Shown here: positions 28,003-40,988 of the stretch, in pieces
How positions within the stretch are numbered: position 1 is the first letter of the stretch
Layout of the letters: the number at the start of each line of letters is the position of its first letter
Assembly (NCBI GenBank): GCA_951406725.2
Contig: OX597822.1
Coordinates: 63,054,001 to 63,118,000, forward strand
Source of the DNA: Octopus vulgaris
Lineage: Eukaryota
Reading direction: 5' to 3'
DNA: 64,000 nucleotides
Program-made: the position numbers and the translations under genes
Notes under the pieces: generated by a model
Told to the model about the DNA's origin: nothing
The model's input: the letters and a program-made list of their open reading frames with translations, nothing else
The model's database searches: none

Positions 28003-28610
28003 AAGCTACACGAATCGTAGTATTTTGATAACATATTTCAAATTCTTTCTTTAAAATTCTGTCCGGTTCGATTTTCTCTTTTATTTCATCCTGATGTCGA
28101 TGAAATAAGTTTAACCCGTAAATAGTACGCAAAATTTGATAAGATGCCAAAAAAGAGACACCGTGGCTTTTACTATTTTCCAACTATGTCAAGAGTGGGA
28201 AACGTTCGAATCTGACGATTGCGAATGAGAGAAAACAATAAATTCGGCAATAACAATCTTCACTAAAACCATTCATTCCAGTAGATTTGACCACATAAGT
28301 CTTGCAATGAAATTTATTGTTTCAAACAGAACATAAAATGCGAATAAAGGATTCTGAAAAATCCTTATCAGCAAAAAAATACAAAAAAGTAAAAGATGAC
28401 TTATAGAATTGCTTTCAAGGTAGACGTATAGAGAAATGTGTGCATGTATGTGTGTATATATGTATGTGTGTGTGTATTATGTATATATATATGTATGCAT
28501 ATATGTATAGTGTATATAGGTACATATATAAATAGTATATATAACATATAGACATATATCTAACGTGTATATAACATATGCGTGCGTGTGTATATATGTG
28601 TTTGTGTGAT

Positions 28611-28662
<52 letters not shown>

Positions 28663-28880
28663 GTTTGGTGCTGCAAACAGGATATTAGAACTCAACACAC
28701 ATAAGTATACACACGTTTGTTTTTATTTTATATATGTACATATTATCAAGTAAGATACTTTGTCTACTTCGCGACTACGTCTGGCTGTCTACTTCATTTT
28801 TACCTTACTTTTGTATTGTGAAGACTTTCTGTATAAATTTAGATATTTATATAACTTCAATTTAAAATTTAAAAAAAAAA

Positions 28881-29195
28881 TGTGGAGGTACGTGGCCTAG
28901 TGGTTAGAGCAGCGGACTCGCAGTCCAAGGATCGCGGGTTCGAATCTCAGACTGGACGATGTGTGTGTGTTTATGAGCGTAACACCTAAGCTCCACGCGG
29001 CTCCGGCAGGTAATGGCGAACTTCTGCTGTGCTGTGCTGAGTCTGTGCTGTGCCACAACTTTCTCTCACTATTTCCTCCTGCATCTTGCAGCTCACATGC
29101 GACGGACAGGCGCCCTGTCCAGGTGGGAAACCTATACGCCAAGGAAACCGGCCCATTATAAGTCAGGCATGGCTTGAGAAGGAACAAACAACAAT
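28881..29195 (+). mobile_element. tRNA-headed SINE, same head type as the element ending at 2065
   Basis: tgtggaggtacgtggcctagtggttagagcagcggactcg...gggttcgaatc head and aacaaacaacaa tail. Confidence 0.8.
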
Positions 29196-30648
29196 CTAAA
29201 AAATTAATACGAAATGTCAGAATTCATTTATTGCTTTATATTTTGTCATTGTTTTAGCTTCATTGTATGTGTGTGTAAGGCAGCGAGGTGTCAGAGTCAT
29301 TAGCGCATCGGACAAAATGCTTAGCAACATTTCTTCCGGCTTTACGTTCTGAATTCACATGCTTCCAAGGTCAGCTTTGCTTTTCATCCTTTCTGGGTCG
29401 ATAAAAGGAAATGCCGGTGGAAAACTTGGTCGATATCCCCTCTCCTTACAATTTATGTTCTTTGCCAAACTGAAAATTATACATGTGGCTACATGCATGT
29501 ATATACGCACAGACATCTGTATTGTGTTTTAATGTGTTACAATAGCTACTAGCATGTGTGTGTGCGTGTGTATGTATGTGTGTGTGTGCACGCACACACA
29601 ACTACACATAAATGTTTGTATTGTATTATAATATAAAGAGCTATATCAATAGCTCTAACCGTATGTATTCATGTATGCGTGTATTTATTGCCCTCTATGT
29701 TATTTTAAAGACATATCTGCGTTAAAATGTAATTTAATCTAATACAATTAAAGATATTTCTTCAAAGGCAGCCAACTGGTGGAATCATTAGAACGTTGGG
29801 GGAAAATGCTTTGCAGTGCTTATTCAATGCCCTGATATTTTGAGTTCAAATCCCGACGTGTGTGACTTTGCCTTTCGTCCTTTCGAGATCGATAAAATAA
29901 AGTACTAATCAAGTTCTAGATATCTATGGTATCGACTCCGCCTCTTCCAAACAAAATTGGCGGCCGTGTGCTTCAATTAGAAACCATTACAGATATTTCT
30001 TCATATTTTCTTATTAATCTCTTTTATTTAATTTGGGGCAATATGTCCCGCAGTCCATTGAGGTTTCAAACATTTCCGCCTCCTTATTTGAGTAAATGTG
30101 AGTTGCATTGTGCGTTTTATTTGCGCGCTTTAACATTGTTCAATGGATAACTCCTGATGGATTTTATAGTTTATGGTTTTTGATTTATATATTAACTATT
30201 AATAAAACTTCCACAGTTAATGTTCTCAAGGATGGAGGTTATAGAATTTTATAAAGATGATTGTGCTTTCATCAAATGTTTTTCTATTTATTTTTGTTTC
30301 TTGTACATTATTATACATTTGTTCCAATTGCTCCATGCTGCAATTGTTCCATGTTGTAAATGCATAATCAACCGACAGGAATGCGTCGTATCCGACGTAT
30401 CAGTTTGAGTCACGAAGTTTACAATTCTCATGCTTACATTGAAATATACATGATACATTAAGTGCCTGAAATGCATACAGGGACTTTCAAATTTGCGGTT
30501 TTATAGTCATGCGATTTTCATACTGTTGTCTGTTTTAATATATTTCAACTACAATTTTGTGATTATATATGGTACGTGTTGTAATTTGTTTATAATCTTG
30601 TGTGTATGTGAATTGGGGTGGTCCTTATTCCTATCTCTATATTTAAGA

Positions 30649-30952
30649 CTAGCAGTATCGCTCGGCGTTGCTCGGGTTTGTAAGGGAAATAACTATATAA
30701 GCATTTTTAGAGAGTTACTTCCCTTATATAAACCGAGGAAAAAATGCATTAAAAATGCGGAAAAATGATGGGTTTTTTTTTTAATCGTAGGCTCATCGTA
30801 GACGCGCGCTAATACCCAGAAGGGCTCGATATGCATCACGACTATTAGATACCCGCTTTTGGTTAAACTGCACCGTAAAATGTGGGAGTAGTTAGGAATC
30901 TAAATCGGAGTAGACAGACTCTCATACAACTTCACAGTTTTATATAAAGAGA
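30649..30952 (-). mobile_element. Complete non-autonomous Helitron
   Basis: Minus strand has a 5' TC (a|tctctttatataaaa), a subterminal GC-rich hairpin cccgagcaacgccgag and a 3' CTAG|t, inserted between A and T. The same 3' end recurs at 63980-64000. Confidence 0.8.
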
Positions 30953-31830
30953 TTAGAGTAAGGATGTGCTCTAAATTTATGTTAGATCTATATTTGATAG
31001 TAAATTTAAGGGTGGAATTATTTTCGAAACCTTTAAAACAATCCGCCTACTTCTCTTTATTCATCACTACTATCCAGCATAAAATTTCACGAACCAAAAC
31101 TCAACGAGATTATCTATGGAAGTTTTATTAATGGCATAATATGGGCCAAAAGTCAACACAGAGATTAAAGTACACATGAACGAAATCATGAATAGTACCA
31201 TGGCTAAACCGTTAAACAATCTTGGTTTTATAAGTGATAATATTATTCCTATGTCCATTCGCTAAATTGTAAGGTGTGAGAATAACACGCAGTTACTGTT
31301 GTTGTTTTTTTTTTCAAATGATGAAGCCGAAGAAGTCATCAAGCATTACAAGACTTAAGAAAACCTTAAGGGATTAATGTGGAAATGGGAAAAATTTTAA
31401 ATGCAAATATAAAATATTAAATTGTCAGACAGAGGTGTTTTCACTGTTTGAAAGAAAATTTTAAAACAAATCTGTAATCTAGTTACACATCTATTGTGTG
31501 TATGTGTATGTGTGCGTGTATGTGCGTGTGTGTATGTGTACGTACGTGTCGTTTTTAACCAAATCCTGACTATCTTCTTTTTGTTATATGTGTGCGTGTG
31601 TGTATAAATAAATAAATATGGTGTAGTAGTGGAATCGTTAGCACGCCGGAAAAAATACTTAACGGCATCTGTCTTCACTTTCTGAGTTCGAATTCCGCTG
31701 AAGCCTACTTTGCATGTCATCTTTTCGAAGTTCATAAAATAAGTCCCAATTGAGCACTAGAGTCGATGAAATCGACTTGCCCTCTTTAAATACAATGTCA
31801 TTAAATACAATCTTACCTGACCTCTACTAC

Positions 31831-31885
<55 letters not shown>

Positions 31886-31894
31886 ATATATATA

Positions 31895-32277
31895 TTTATT
31901 TGTTTCATTTGTTTCAGTCATTTGACTGCGGCCATGCTGGAGCACCGCCTTTAGTCGAGCAAATCGACCCCAGGACTTATTCTTTGTAAGCCTAGTACTT
32001 ATTCCATCTCCGAACCGCTAAGTTGCAGGGACGTAAACACACCAGCATCGGTTGTCAAGTGATGTTGAGGAGACAAACACAGACACACAAACATATACAT
32101 ATATATATATATACGACGGGCTTCTTTCGGTTTCCGTCTGCCAAATCCAATCACAAGGCTTTGGTCGGCCCGAGGTTATAGTAGAAAACACTTGCCCAAG
32201 GTGTCACGCAGTGGAACTGAACTCGGAACCATGTGGTTGGTAAGCAGGCTACTTACCACACAGCCACTTCTGCGCCT
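31895..32277 (-). mobile_element. SINE family A
   Basis: Reverse-complement match to family A. Confidence 0.88.
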
Positions 32278-32335
32278 GACATATATATAATTTATTACGT
32301 CATTAGACCTAACTTTATTTGAATTCTACTCTGTT

Positions 32336-32376
<41 letters not shown>

Positions 32377-32852
32377 GTGTGTATGTGTATGTATGAATGT
32401 GTATGCGTATGTATATGTGTATGTATACAAAACGAAAAGTGTTTGAGAATTTTATCATCAATAAAAACCAGTAAGTATTTATATTTATATCAAAATATGT
32501 TACCGCTTTCAATTGCTTAAAAAGACAATTTATTCATGCAAAGATAAAAGTGAAAGCAGTTTGAAATAAATGAAACTAAAGTTTCACGCTACCACTTCTG
32601 GAAGTTAGCGTGTTTTGTAATAAAACATGTAGACTTCCAGAAATGATTTCATAGAAGATTAATTTTATTTATTTCAGTTTACTTTTCCTTTTATTTCATC
32701 ATGACTAAATCGTATTTCTAAGCTATTGAAACCGGTAGCATATTCTGATAAAAATGTAAATGCGTTCTTGTTTTTATCAGGGATAAAGTCCTCAACGCAT
32801 TTTCTTGTTCTTATTTTATAATATAAATTTACTCGTGTAAAAACCTCTTAAC

Positions 32853-33258
32853 CTTGGCTGTGTGGTAAGAAGTTTGCTTCTCAACCTTATGGTTCTGGGT
32901 TCAGTCCCACTGCGTGGTACATTGAGCAAGTGTCTTCTACTATAACTTCGGGCCAACCAAAGTCTTGTGAGGAGATTTGGTAGACGGAAGCTGAAAGAAG
33001 CTCGTCGTATATGCATATATTACATATCTATATATATGTGTCTTTGTGTCAGTATTTGTCTCCCAATACCGTTTGGCAACCGGTGTTGGTGTCTTTATGT
33101 CCTCGTAACTTAGCGTGTCGGCAAAGAGAGACCGATAAAATAAGTACTAGGCTTAACAAAAAATAAGTTCTAGGGTCGATTTGTTTGACTAAAAAAACAT
33201 CAAAGCGGTGCCCCAACATGGCCGTCAAAATGACAGAAGCAACTAAAAGATAAAAAAG
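32853..33258 (+). mobile_element. SINE family A
   Basis: Head, CORE-like block and tail all match family A. Confidence 0.85.
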
Positions 33259-33269
33259 ATGTGTGTATG

Positions 33270-33306
<37 letters not shown>

Positions 33307-33705
33307 TCAAATCTTTAGACATTCTTCCTTCTCTTCTCTCCTGGTCATTTCTATCACTTCAACACTTAAAACGACTGCACAGGTACAATCTATAATACGA
33401 TCAAATTGTAATGGTATTCTGTATCGGTAGAAAGTAATTTAGTTAATTCAAAGAATGGAATGATTTGATGCCACGAGAAAGAAATGGATTTTGTGTAATA
33501 TCGTTCGTCGGAGGTGCAAAAAACTTCAACTGATATTATTCCGCTATTTGAGAATCTAGCTATGATATTCGTTCATTTATGTTATCTGCTAACCGAGCCA
33601 AAAGCTACATTTACAACAGCTATTATCTAAAATTCAACCCAATAGCTATGCTAACCTATACGGAAAACCATAAAACAAAAGCAAAATTATATCATCTATT
33701 TACAG

Positions 33706-33803
33706 GTAAAGCGCACAAATACTGCGAAGCTAATGGCACCTGGTGGATGTTTCCAAAAACCGATCAGGAGTGGAGCAATTACAGCACATGTATTCAGTTA
33801 CAG
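33706..33803 (+). CDS. Internal exon of a class B (secretin-family, calcitonin/DH31-receptor-like) GPCR, C-terminal half of the extracellular hormone-binding domain
   Basis: tttacag acceptor and cag|gtattt donor. The 98 nt exon (phase 1 in, phase 0 out) encodes xKAHKYCEANGTWWMFPKTDQEWSNYSTCIQLQ, matching the class B ECD pattern K-x-C-x3-G-x-W...W-S-N-Y-x-x-C. Confidence 0.9.
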
Positions 33804-34619
33804 GTATTTATCAACCATTATTCCATTGGTTTCAATAATCAGATTGAGTGTTTTAAAAGGACGAATGTCATGTTTTTTTTTTTTTTCTTGTCATCTACTC
33901 TAGAAGTGGGGGAATCATTTTCTTAAGAGTGTTTCTATTCTTGTTTGGTTAAAATTGTTTTTCTATTGGCATGTGGGAATAGATACTGTTTTTCAAATAT
34001 TATCATTGGTTAGATGTTAATGCAAAATCACATTTATACAATAAATCTGTAAGATTTTCGAATGTAACACCACAACTCTTCTCTTGTGAAATGCAGAAAC
34101 ACAGAAATACTATCTAAGAAACGCACAACAATTTCAGTCTGGAAATAAATATATACAGAAGCAAAACTAAAATAAAACAAGAATAACAGCTCCCATTTTC
34201 GTCTAGCATTTCAATATTTTACATTTAAAAATCCCTTATCCATTTATTTTGATCTCTATAGACGATAGTAACGTTCTCCATTTTTTCTTATATATAATTG
34301 TTTTTTCTAACGCGAAATATTGAAATATAGTGTAAAAATATAAGATATTGTTTTTTCCTTACTTTGGATTTTCTTCAATCTCTTCTATTTAATTCGTTTA
34401 TTTCCAAAATTTGCATTGTGGTGGCTTTTTAGCTACACGCCGAAACAAAAAATTATCGATAACCATTAAATTCATGCGTCTCGAAACAACCAATGAAATC
34501 TCTAAAAATTCGTTATTACATTGGTCCAATTTCGGTTAATTCACAAGAAATTTTCCCTCTTCACACACACACACACACACACACACAAATAGAAAAATCA
34601 CACCTCGACACGTGTGATT

Positions 34620-34715
<96 letters not shown>

Positions 34716-35093
34716 TATACAATTATATATATATTGTTGATCCAAACATGAAAACACAAAGAGGAAACACAACAACGCGAGGACGTGGAACAAGTATAGT
34801 GTTATTGGACGCTCAGGAAAGGAAAGGAAGGAAGAAAGGAAGGAAGGAAGGAATATATATACACATATATGTATGCGTGTATTCCTTTCTGAGGATGAAT
34901 CTCGAAACAGATGAAGCAGATAATTATGAATTTATTCAACATATCCCTCTCTCAGATTGAGACACTTATTGCAGTTTTGCCTTCAGTTTTTCTAAACCCT
35001 GTAAAAGAACTCTGAAGGTTGGACTTCCAACCAGGCCTTTCACGATGCCATTAAAGCCAGGAACTTTTCAGTACCCACTCAGTACACCTAATA

Positions 35094-37000
35094 CGGGGTG
35101 ATTCAAAAAATTTGATATCATTTGAGATGTAAGTATCACAGAAACTACATAATCAAACAAATGAAACTAAACAGGCTTAATATTGAGCAACATAAGGTTT
35201 ATTCCTCCAAATTTAAATGAGAATTTCAAAGGTATGTGGATTCCATGAACAAATTCAACAATGTTCAATATGCTCACCGCTTGAGACATGGCACACGCGA
35301 AGTCGGTAGTCCTGCTCGTCCCAAACACGCTGCAACATGTCTTGGGTAACGGTCTCCAGTGCGGTAGTGATTTTCTGCTCGATTTCCTCTAGGTTTGCAA
35401 TAAGATGGGGAACAGACCAGGCCCTTCACATAGCCCCAGAGAAAAAAATCATAAGGTGTCAGGTCAGGTGAACGTGGAGGCCATTTCAACAGTACATTGT
35501 CTTCATCACCAGCACGCCCGATCCATCTTCCTCACAGATTGTCATTGAGATAAGGCGGCGAGCTGGCAGTAACGTTAGCATGCCGGGCGAAATGCTTAGC
35601 GGTATTTCGTCTGCCGCTACGTTCTGAGTTCAAATTCCGCCGAGGTCAACTTTGCCCTTCATCCTTTCGGGGTCGATTAAATAAGTACCAGTTACGCACT
35701 GGGGTCGATATAATCGACTTAATCCGTTTGTCTGTCCTTGTTTGTCCCATTTGTGTGTAGCCCCTTGTGGGCAGTAAAGAAATAGGTATTTCGTCTGCCG
35801 TTACGTTCTGAGTTCAAATTCCGCCGAGGTCAATTTTGCCCTTCATCCTTTCGAGGTTGATTAAATAAGTACCAGTTACGCACTGGGGTCGATATAATCG
35901 ACTTAATCCGTTTGTCTGTCCTTGTTTGTCCCATTTGTGTGTAGTCCCTTGTGGGCAGTAAAGAAATAGGTATTTTGTGTGCCGTTACGTTCTGAGTTCA
36001 AATTCCGCCGAGGTCGACTTTGCCTTTCATCCTTTAGGGGTCGATAAATTTAGTACCAGTTACGCACTGGGGTCGATGTAATCGACTTAATCCTTTTGTT
36101 TGTTCCCTCTATGTTTAGCCCCTTGTGGGTAATAAAGAAATAAAATTGTCATTGAGATAAGCCCGCACAGTAAGTTTCGATTGAGGTGGAAAAATGAAGT
36201 TTTCATGTTCATTTGCAATGAGCTCATCCATTAACCAGTTCTGAAGCATTTGCAGGTAAACATAGCCGGTCACATTTCCCTCATCTCGGATATGGCGCAG
36301 AACACATTCACCTTTGGTGAGTCCCTCACATGTTTCAACTGTGGCATGGGGATTTTCTTCGCTCCAAATGCGAACATTATGCTTATTGCCATTCGTATGG
36401 AATGTGACCTCATCACTGAAAACAATGCGTTCCTTGAATTCGGTTTCTTCAAGTTTCTCTTGCATATCAACACAGAATTGTTTGCGCTTTCGCTTGTCAT
36501 CTGCTGTTATAGCCTGAACGAGCTGCAGCTTGAAGGGTTTCGTTAGCAAGCGTTTCCTCAGGACGCGCCAAACTGTCGTTGGAGGAATCTGGACTTGTTC
36601 TTCTTATGGACTTCTTGGAGCTTCGCAAGACCTTTTGACGAACCCGCTCGATCGTCTCTTCCGATGTTAGTGATCGTCCAGATCCTTTTGGCCTGCACAG
36701 GCAGCCTTCCTCTTTGAGTTTTTTGTGCCATGTCCAAATCTGCATTGCCGTTGGGGACTTTTTAGAGAACTCTCTCACAAATGCACGCTGCACAGTCTTG
36801 TTCGACTGTGTTCGAGCATACTCCAACACACAAAACGCCTTTTCTCTTCCAGTGAATGCCATTTCTATACCTGAAAAGATAAACATATCAAACCTTTTGA
36901 CCTGTTTCTACACATGTTGTCAAAATTTGAAGTCATCTGAACAAGAACTGGCAAAGTTATTAGATTGCGAAATGATATCAAATTTTTTTAAAGCACCCTC
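35094..37000 (-). mobile_element. Tc1/mariner-superfamily element (DUF4817-type N-terminal HTH), disrupted transposase
   Basis: TIRs cggggtgattcaaaaaatttgatatcattt and aaatgatatcaaatttttttaaagcaccctc with TA flanks. Peptides MAFTGREKAFCVLEY, IVFSDEVTFH and WPPRSPDLTPYDFFLWGYVK. Confidence 0.9.
35555..36144 (+). mobile_element. SINE family B with 3' body triplicated (184 bp period), inserted in the transposase
   Basis: Units start at 35601, 35785 and 35969. TSD attgtcattgagataag at 35538-35554 and 36145-36161. Confidence 0.9.
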
Positions 37001-37042
<42 letters not shown>

Positions 37043-37348
37043 TCGAAGTGTACAGTATTGAGGGGTTCAGTGGAGTGTTAGGTAACAGTCCGGTTATGTA
37101 ACCCAGCGCTCATCAGCGGCAACCATTATGGAATGAAATACGAGTTCATTATTTCCTGGCTTATGGAGACTTAGACAGCTTACACACATACACACATACT
37201 CACACACAGATGCATACATACATACATACATACATACACACACACACATACATACATATATACATACATACATACATACATACATACATACATACATACA
37301 TACATACATACATACATACATACATACATACATACATACATACATACA

Positions 37349-37379
<31 letters not shown>

Positions 37380-37444
37380 TAAAGTCTATGAGGATTATTT
37401 AATACAGTTTTTGAAGTGTAGAGATACCTTTTTTATTATTTTGT

Positions 37445-37530
<86 letters not shown>

Positions 37531-37531
<1 letters not shown>

Positions 37532-37708
37532 CTCTGTCTTCCTCTTCTCTTGAACTTTCCTCTGTCTCCTGTTTCTGGAGAAGAGGTTTGCTTGAAACGT
37601 AAAACACTCTTTCTTTCCTTCTCTGAGAGTCTTATTAATACTGTGCATGTACCACGTCCTTGCGTTGTTTTTTTTTTCTTGTATTACTCTCCGTTTTGTG
37701 AGATTCAT
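37531..37708 (+). mobile_element. (TA)n-flanked PLE pLTR-like repeat with hammerhead-like motif (37571-37605)
   Basis: gttt-CTGGAGA-a-gag-gtttg-ctt-GAAA-cg-TA-aaac. A related inverted fragment lies at ~34735-34850. Confidence 0.55.
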
Positions 37709-38056
37709 TATATATATATGTGAATGTTCAATTTATAAGAAAGATCCAGAGGAATAACTAGTTTGCCAGATGTCACATAAGCGAGATGTGTTTTGGAGAA
37801 CCTAAGAATAATGGAAAATGGAGACAAACGCTCAAGATTTTATTTAAATCATTTATATTATCATATCACCGACATATGTTTCGATAGATGCATAAAATGA
37901 ATCCGAGAGGATGAATAATGTGGAACAATGCATCAACCCTATCAGGGAGGATGTAAACAACAGTGTGCATCAATAAGACATTTTAACAGATGTGATGTGA
38001 TATAAATGATTTAAATAATATGTTGAGCGTTTGTCTCCATTTTCCATTATACACAC

Positions 38057-38100
<44 letters not shown>

Positions 38101-38107
38101 ACACACA

Positions 38108-38217
<110 letters not shown>

Positions 38218-38232
38218 ACAGTAATAAATGTA

Positions 38233-38797
38233 TTGGGTTGTCCGGAAAGTTCGTGCCGATTTGTAGTAGCTTACCTTTCAACTCATCTTAGAACATGATT
38301 GAGTCCATAAAATAGGATTTGACTACACCTCCATTTAGAGCACAGCTTAAACTATCTTTTCATGGAAGAAGGTTTATGTTCCTATAACCTGTGTTAATTC
38401 TATAACCCTTTAAAATGGAAGATAAGAAAGTTCATTTTCGGCATTTGATGATTTGGGAACTAGACAGGAATTGCTGCAGCTCGGCTGGGATGTGTTACCC
38501 CACTCTCCATATTCACCAGATATTGCTCCTTCGGATTTCCACTTATTCAGGTCTCTGCAGAATAGTCTTAATGGTAAAAATTTCAATTCCTTGGATGGCG
38601 TAAAAAGATACCTTGATGAATTATTTGCCATGAAACCACCTCAATTTTGGGAAGAGGGTATTTTCAAGTTAAAGGAAAGATGGAGACACATTGTGCAACA
38701 AAATGGTTCATATTTGGTTGATTAAAAATATAATGGCAAGTATTTATTGACCTTTTCTTTTCTTTAAAAATAGACATGAACTTTCCGGACAACCCAA
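38233..38797 (+). mobile_element. Internally deleted mariner, second copy of 16528-17084
   Basis: Same TIRs, TA flanks and deletion junction. ORF reads ...HSPYSPDIAPSDFHLFRSLQN...GIFKLKERWRHIVQQNGSY. Confidence 0.93.
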
Positions 38798-38841
38798 TAT
38801 TATTTTAAAACCCTGCAAAAGTGTGTCAAAATAACATAAGT

Positions 38842-38873
<32 letters not shown>

Positions 38874-38887
38874 CGTTTTCTATTTAG

Positions 38888-38979
38888 AAACGCTGGACTA
38901 CTCTGTGCCTGGGCATTTCTTCTAGTGTAATCAGCATCTTGTTGCTTATTCCAGCCACCATGGTCTTCCTGTACTTCCG
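38888..38979 (+). CDS. Next exon of the same class B GPCR, transmembrane helix 1
   Basis: ttttctatttag acceptor and cg|gtaagt donor. The 92 nt exon (phase 0 in, matching the previous exon; phase 2 out) encodes KRWTTLCLGISSSVISILLLIPATMVFLYFR, a hydrophobic helix ending in the class B F-x-Y-F-R motif. Not in the ORF track. Confidence 0.88.
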
Positions 38980-39243
38980 GTAAGTAAATTCTTTTAAATT
39001 CAATCTAGTTATTCCTCGTCATTTATCATGTACCTTGTTAGATATGCATACGACCACCACAACCACCACAACTCTAAATATCACTATGAACTGTATTGGC
39101 CAAGGAACGAAGCAACTGAGCTTCTGTGTGACTGTTCGATCTGAAATTTAAAGAGTTATAATTCAAGCCTTTAATGTTTTGGTGGATCTAGCAATTTTAT
39201 GGTTCCAAACAAACGGCAAAATACTTATTCGGAAACAGGAAAT

Positions 39244-39323
<80 letters not shown>

Positions 39324-39910
39324 AATTATTGTATACAGTGCTCAGGTGCACCACAACTTGTCAAAAGTGCGTATAAAGCATGTGCCTTAATGTACAAATG
39401 TCTGGGAAGTGAACAGTGTATGAATCAGATACATGCTTGCGTGTGTATGGAGGGGAGAAAATCAGGTGTAGTGTTGGCGAGTCTCAGGAAGCATGGAATT
39501 TTTGAAGAATGCAGTGCTCCGACAACTAACAACTGATGCCGGCAGTTTGTTCAATACTTCAGCAACTCTTAGCGTGAAAAAATGTTTCCGAAAGTCATGG
39601 GAGCTGTGCGGTTTTCTGACTTTGTAAACATGTCCACGGGTGTTAGACAGGTGGAGTTTGAAAAGGTGCTCAGAGTTATTGTTTGTAAGATGGTTAATAA
39701 TTTTATGGGTGTCTGCCAAGTCAGCTGACAGACGTCGGGGTTTCAATGTATCCATGCCCAGGGAAGTAAAGCGTTCAGAACATGGCAAATGCCTGAGGGA
39801 GGGTATTCTCTTGGTTGCACGTTGCTGAACGGTTTCCAGACGATTAATATCCTGGGTAGGATAGGGGTTCCAGACCGGTAATGCAAATTCCAGGTGAGGG
39901 CGCACCAAGG
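39244..39910 (-). pseudogene. 5'-truncated CR1-clade LINE 3' end with (ATT)n tail
   Basis: ORF 39462-39908 reads VRPHLEFALPVWNPY...LETVQQRATK...TRGH...FFTLRVAEVLNKLP, a typical CR1 ORF2 C-terminus. (ATT)n tail at 39244-39321. Confidence 0.9.
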
Positions 39911-39949
39911 ATAAAACTGGAACATAGTCGTGCTCTTAATAATAAGAAA

Positions 39950-40901
39950 ACATCGCAGATGTGGATATGTAGCAAGAAGTTTGCTTCCCAGCTACACGGT
40001 TTCAAATTCAAACTCCGTCCATGGCATTTGGAGCAGGTGTCTTCTTGTATAGCCTTTGGGCTGAGCAAGGCATTGAAAGTAGATTTGGTAGACGGAAACT
40101 GAAAGAAGCCCTTATTGTATGAATGTGTGTGTGTGTGTGTATCTGTGTTTGTCCCCACACCACGGCTGGATAACCAGTGTTTGTGCATTTACGTCCCTAT
40201 AACTTAGCGGTTCGGCAAAACTGACCTATAGAATAAGTACCAGGCTTTAAAAGAAATAAGTACTGAAATTGATTCATTCGAATAAAAGAATTCTCTATGG
40301 CAGTGCTCCAGCATGGCCACAGTCGAATGACTGAAACAAGTAAAAAAATAAATAAATAATATAATATATATAAATATATATCCAGATATATATGCTTGCA
40401 CGCAACCATGTGTGTGTGTGTACAGAGAGAGATACACATTGATACATATACTCTTTTATTTGTTTCAGTCATTTGACAGCGGCCATGCTGGAGCACCGCC
40501 TTTAGTTGGGCAAATCGACCCAGGACTTATTCTTTGTAAGCCTAGTACTTATTCTATTGGTCTCTTTTGCCGAACCGCTAAATTACGGGGACGTAAACAC
40601 ACCACCACTGGTTGTCAAGTGATGTTGGGGGAACAAGCACAGACACACAAACATGTACACACACACATATATATATATATATATACATATATACGACGGG
40701 CTTCTTTCAGTTTCCGTCTACCAAATCCATTCACAAGGCATTGGTCGGCCCGAGGCTATAGTAGAAGACACTTCCCCAAGGTGCCACGCAGTGGGAATGA
40801 ACCCGGAACCATGTGGTTGGTAAGCAATCTACTTACCACACAGCCACTCCTATATTCATAATCATATAAACATTGGTGGACGGAAGCTGAGGGAGACCCG
40901 T

Positions 40902-40988
<87 letters not shown>

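Noticed and set aside
28885-28960. tRNA-like sequences (also near 2000-2065, 58900-58966, 60687-60760)
   Set aside because: These are SINE heads continuing into SINE bodies, with no clean cloverleaf or acceptor stem.
35601-36144. Regularly spaced repeats resembling a CRISPR array
   Set aside because: Whole 184 bp units are repeated with no unique spacers, in a eukaryotic SINE context.
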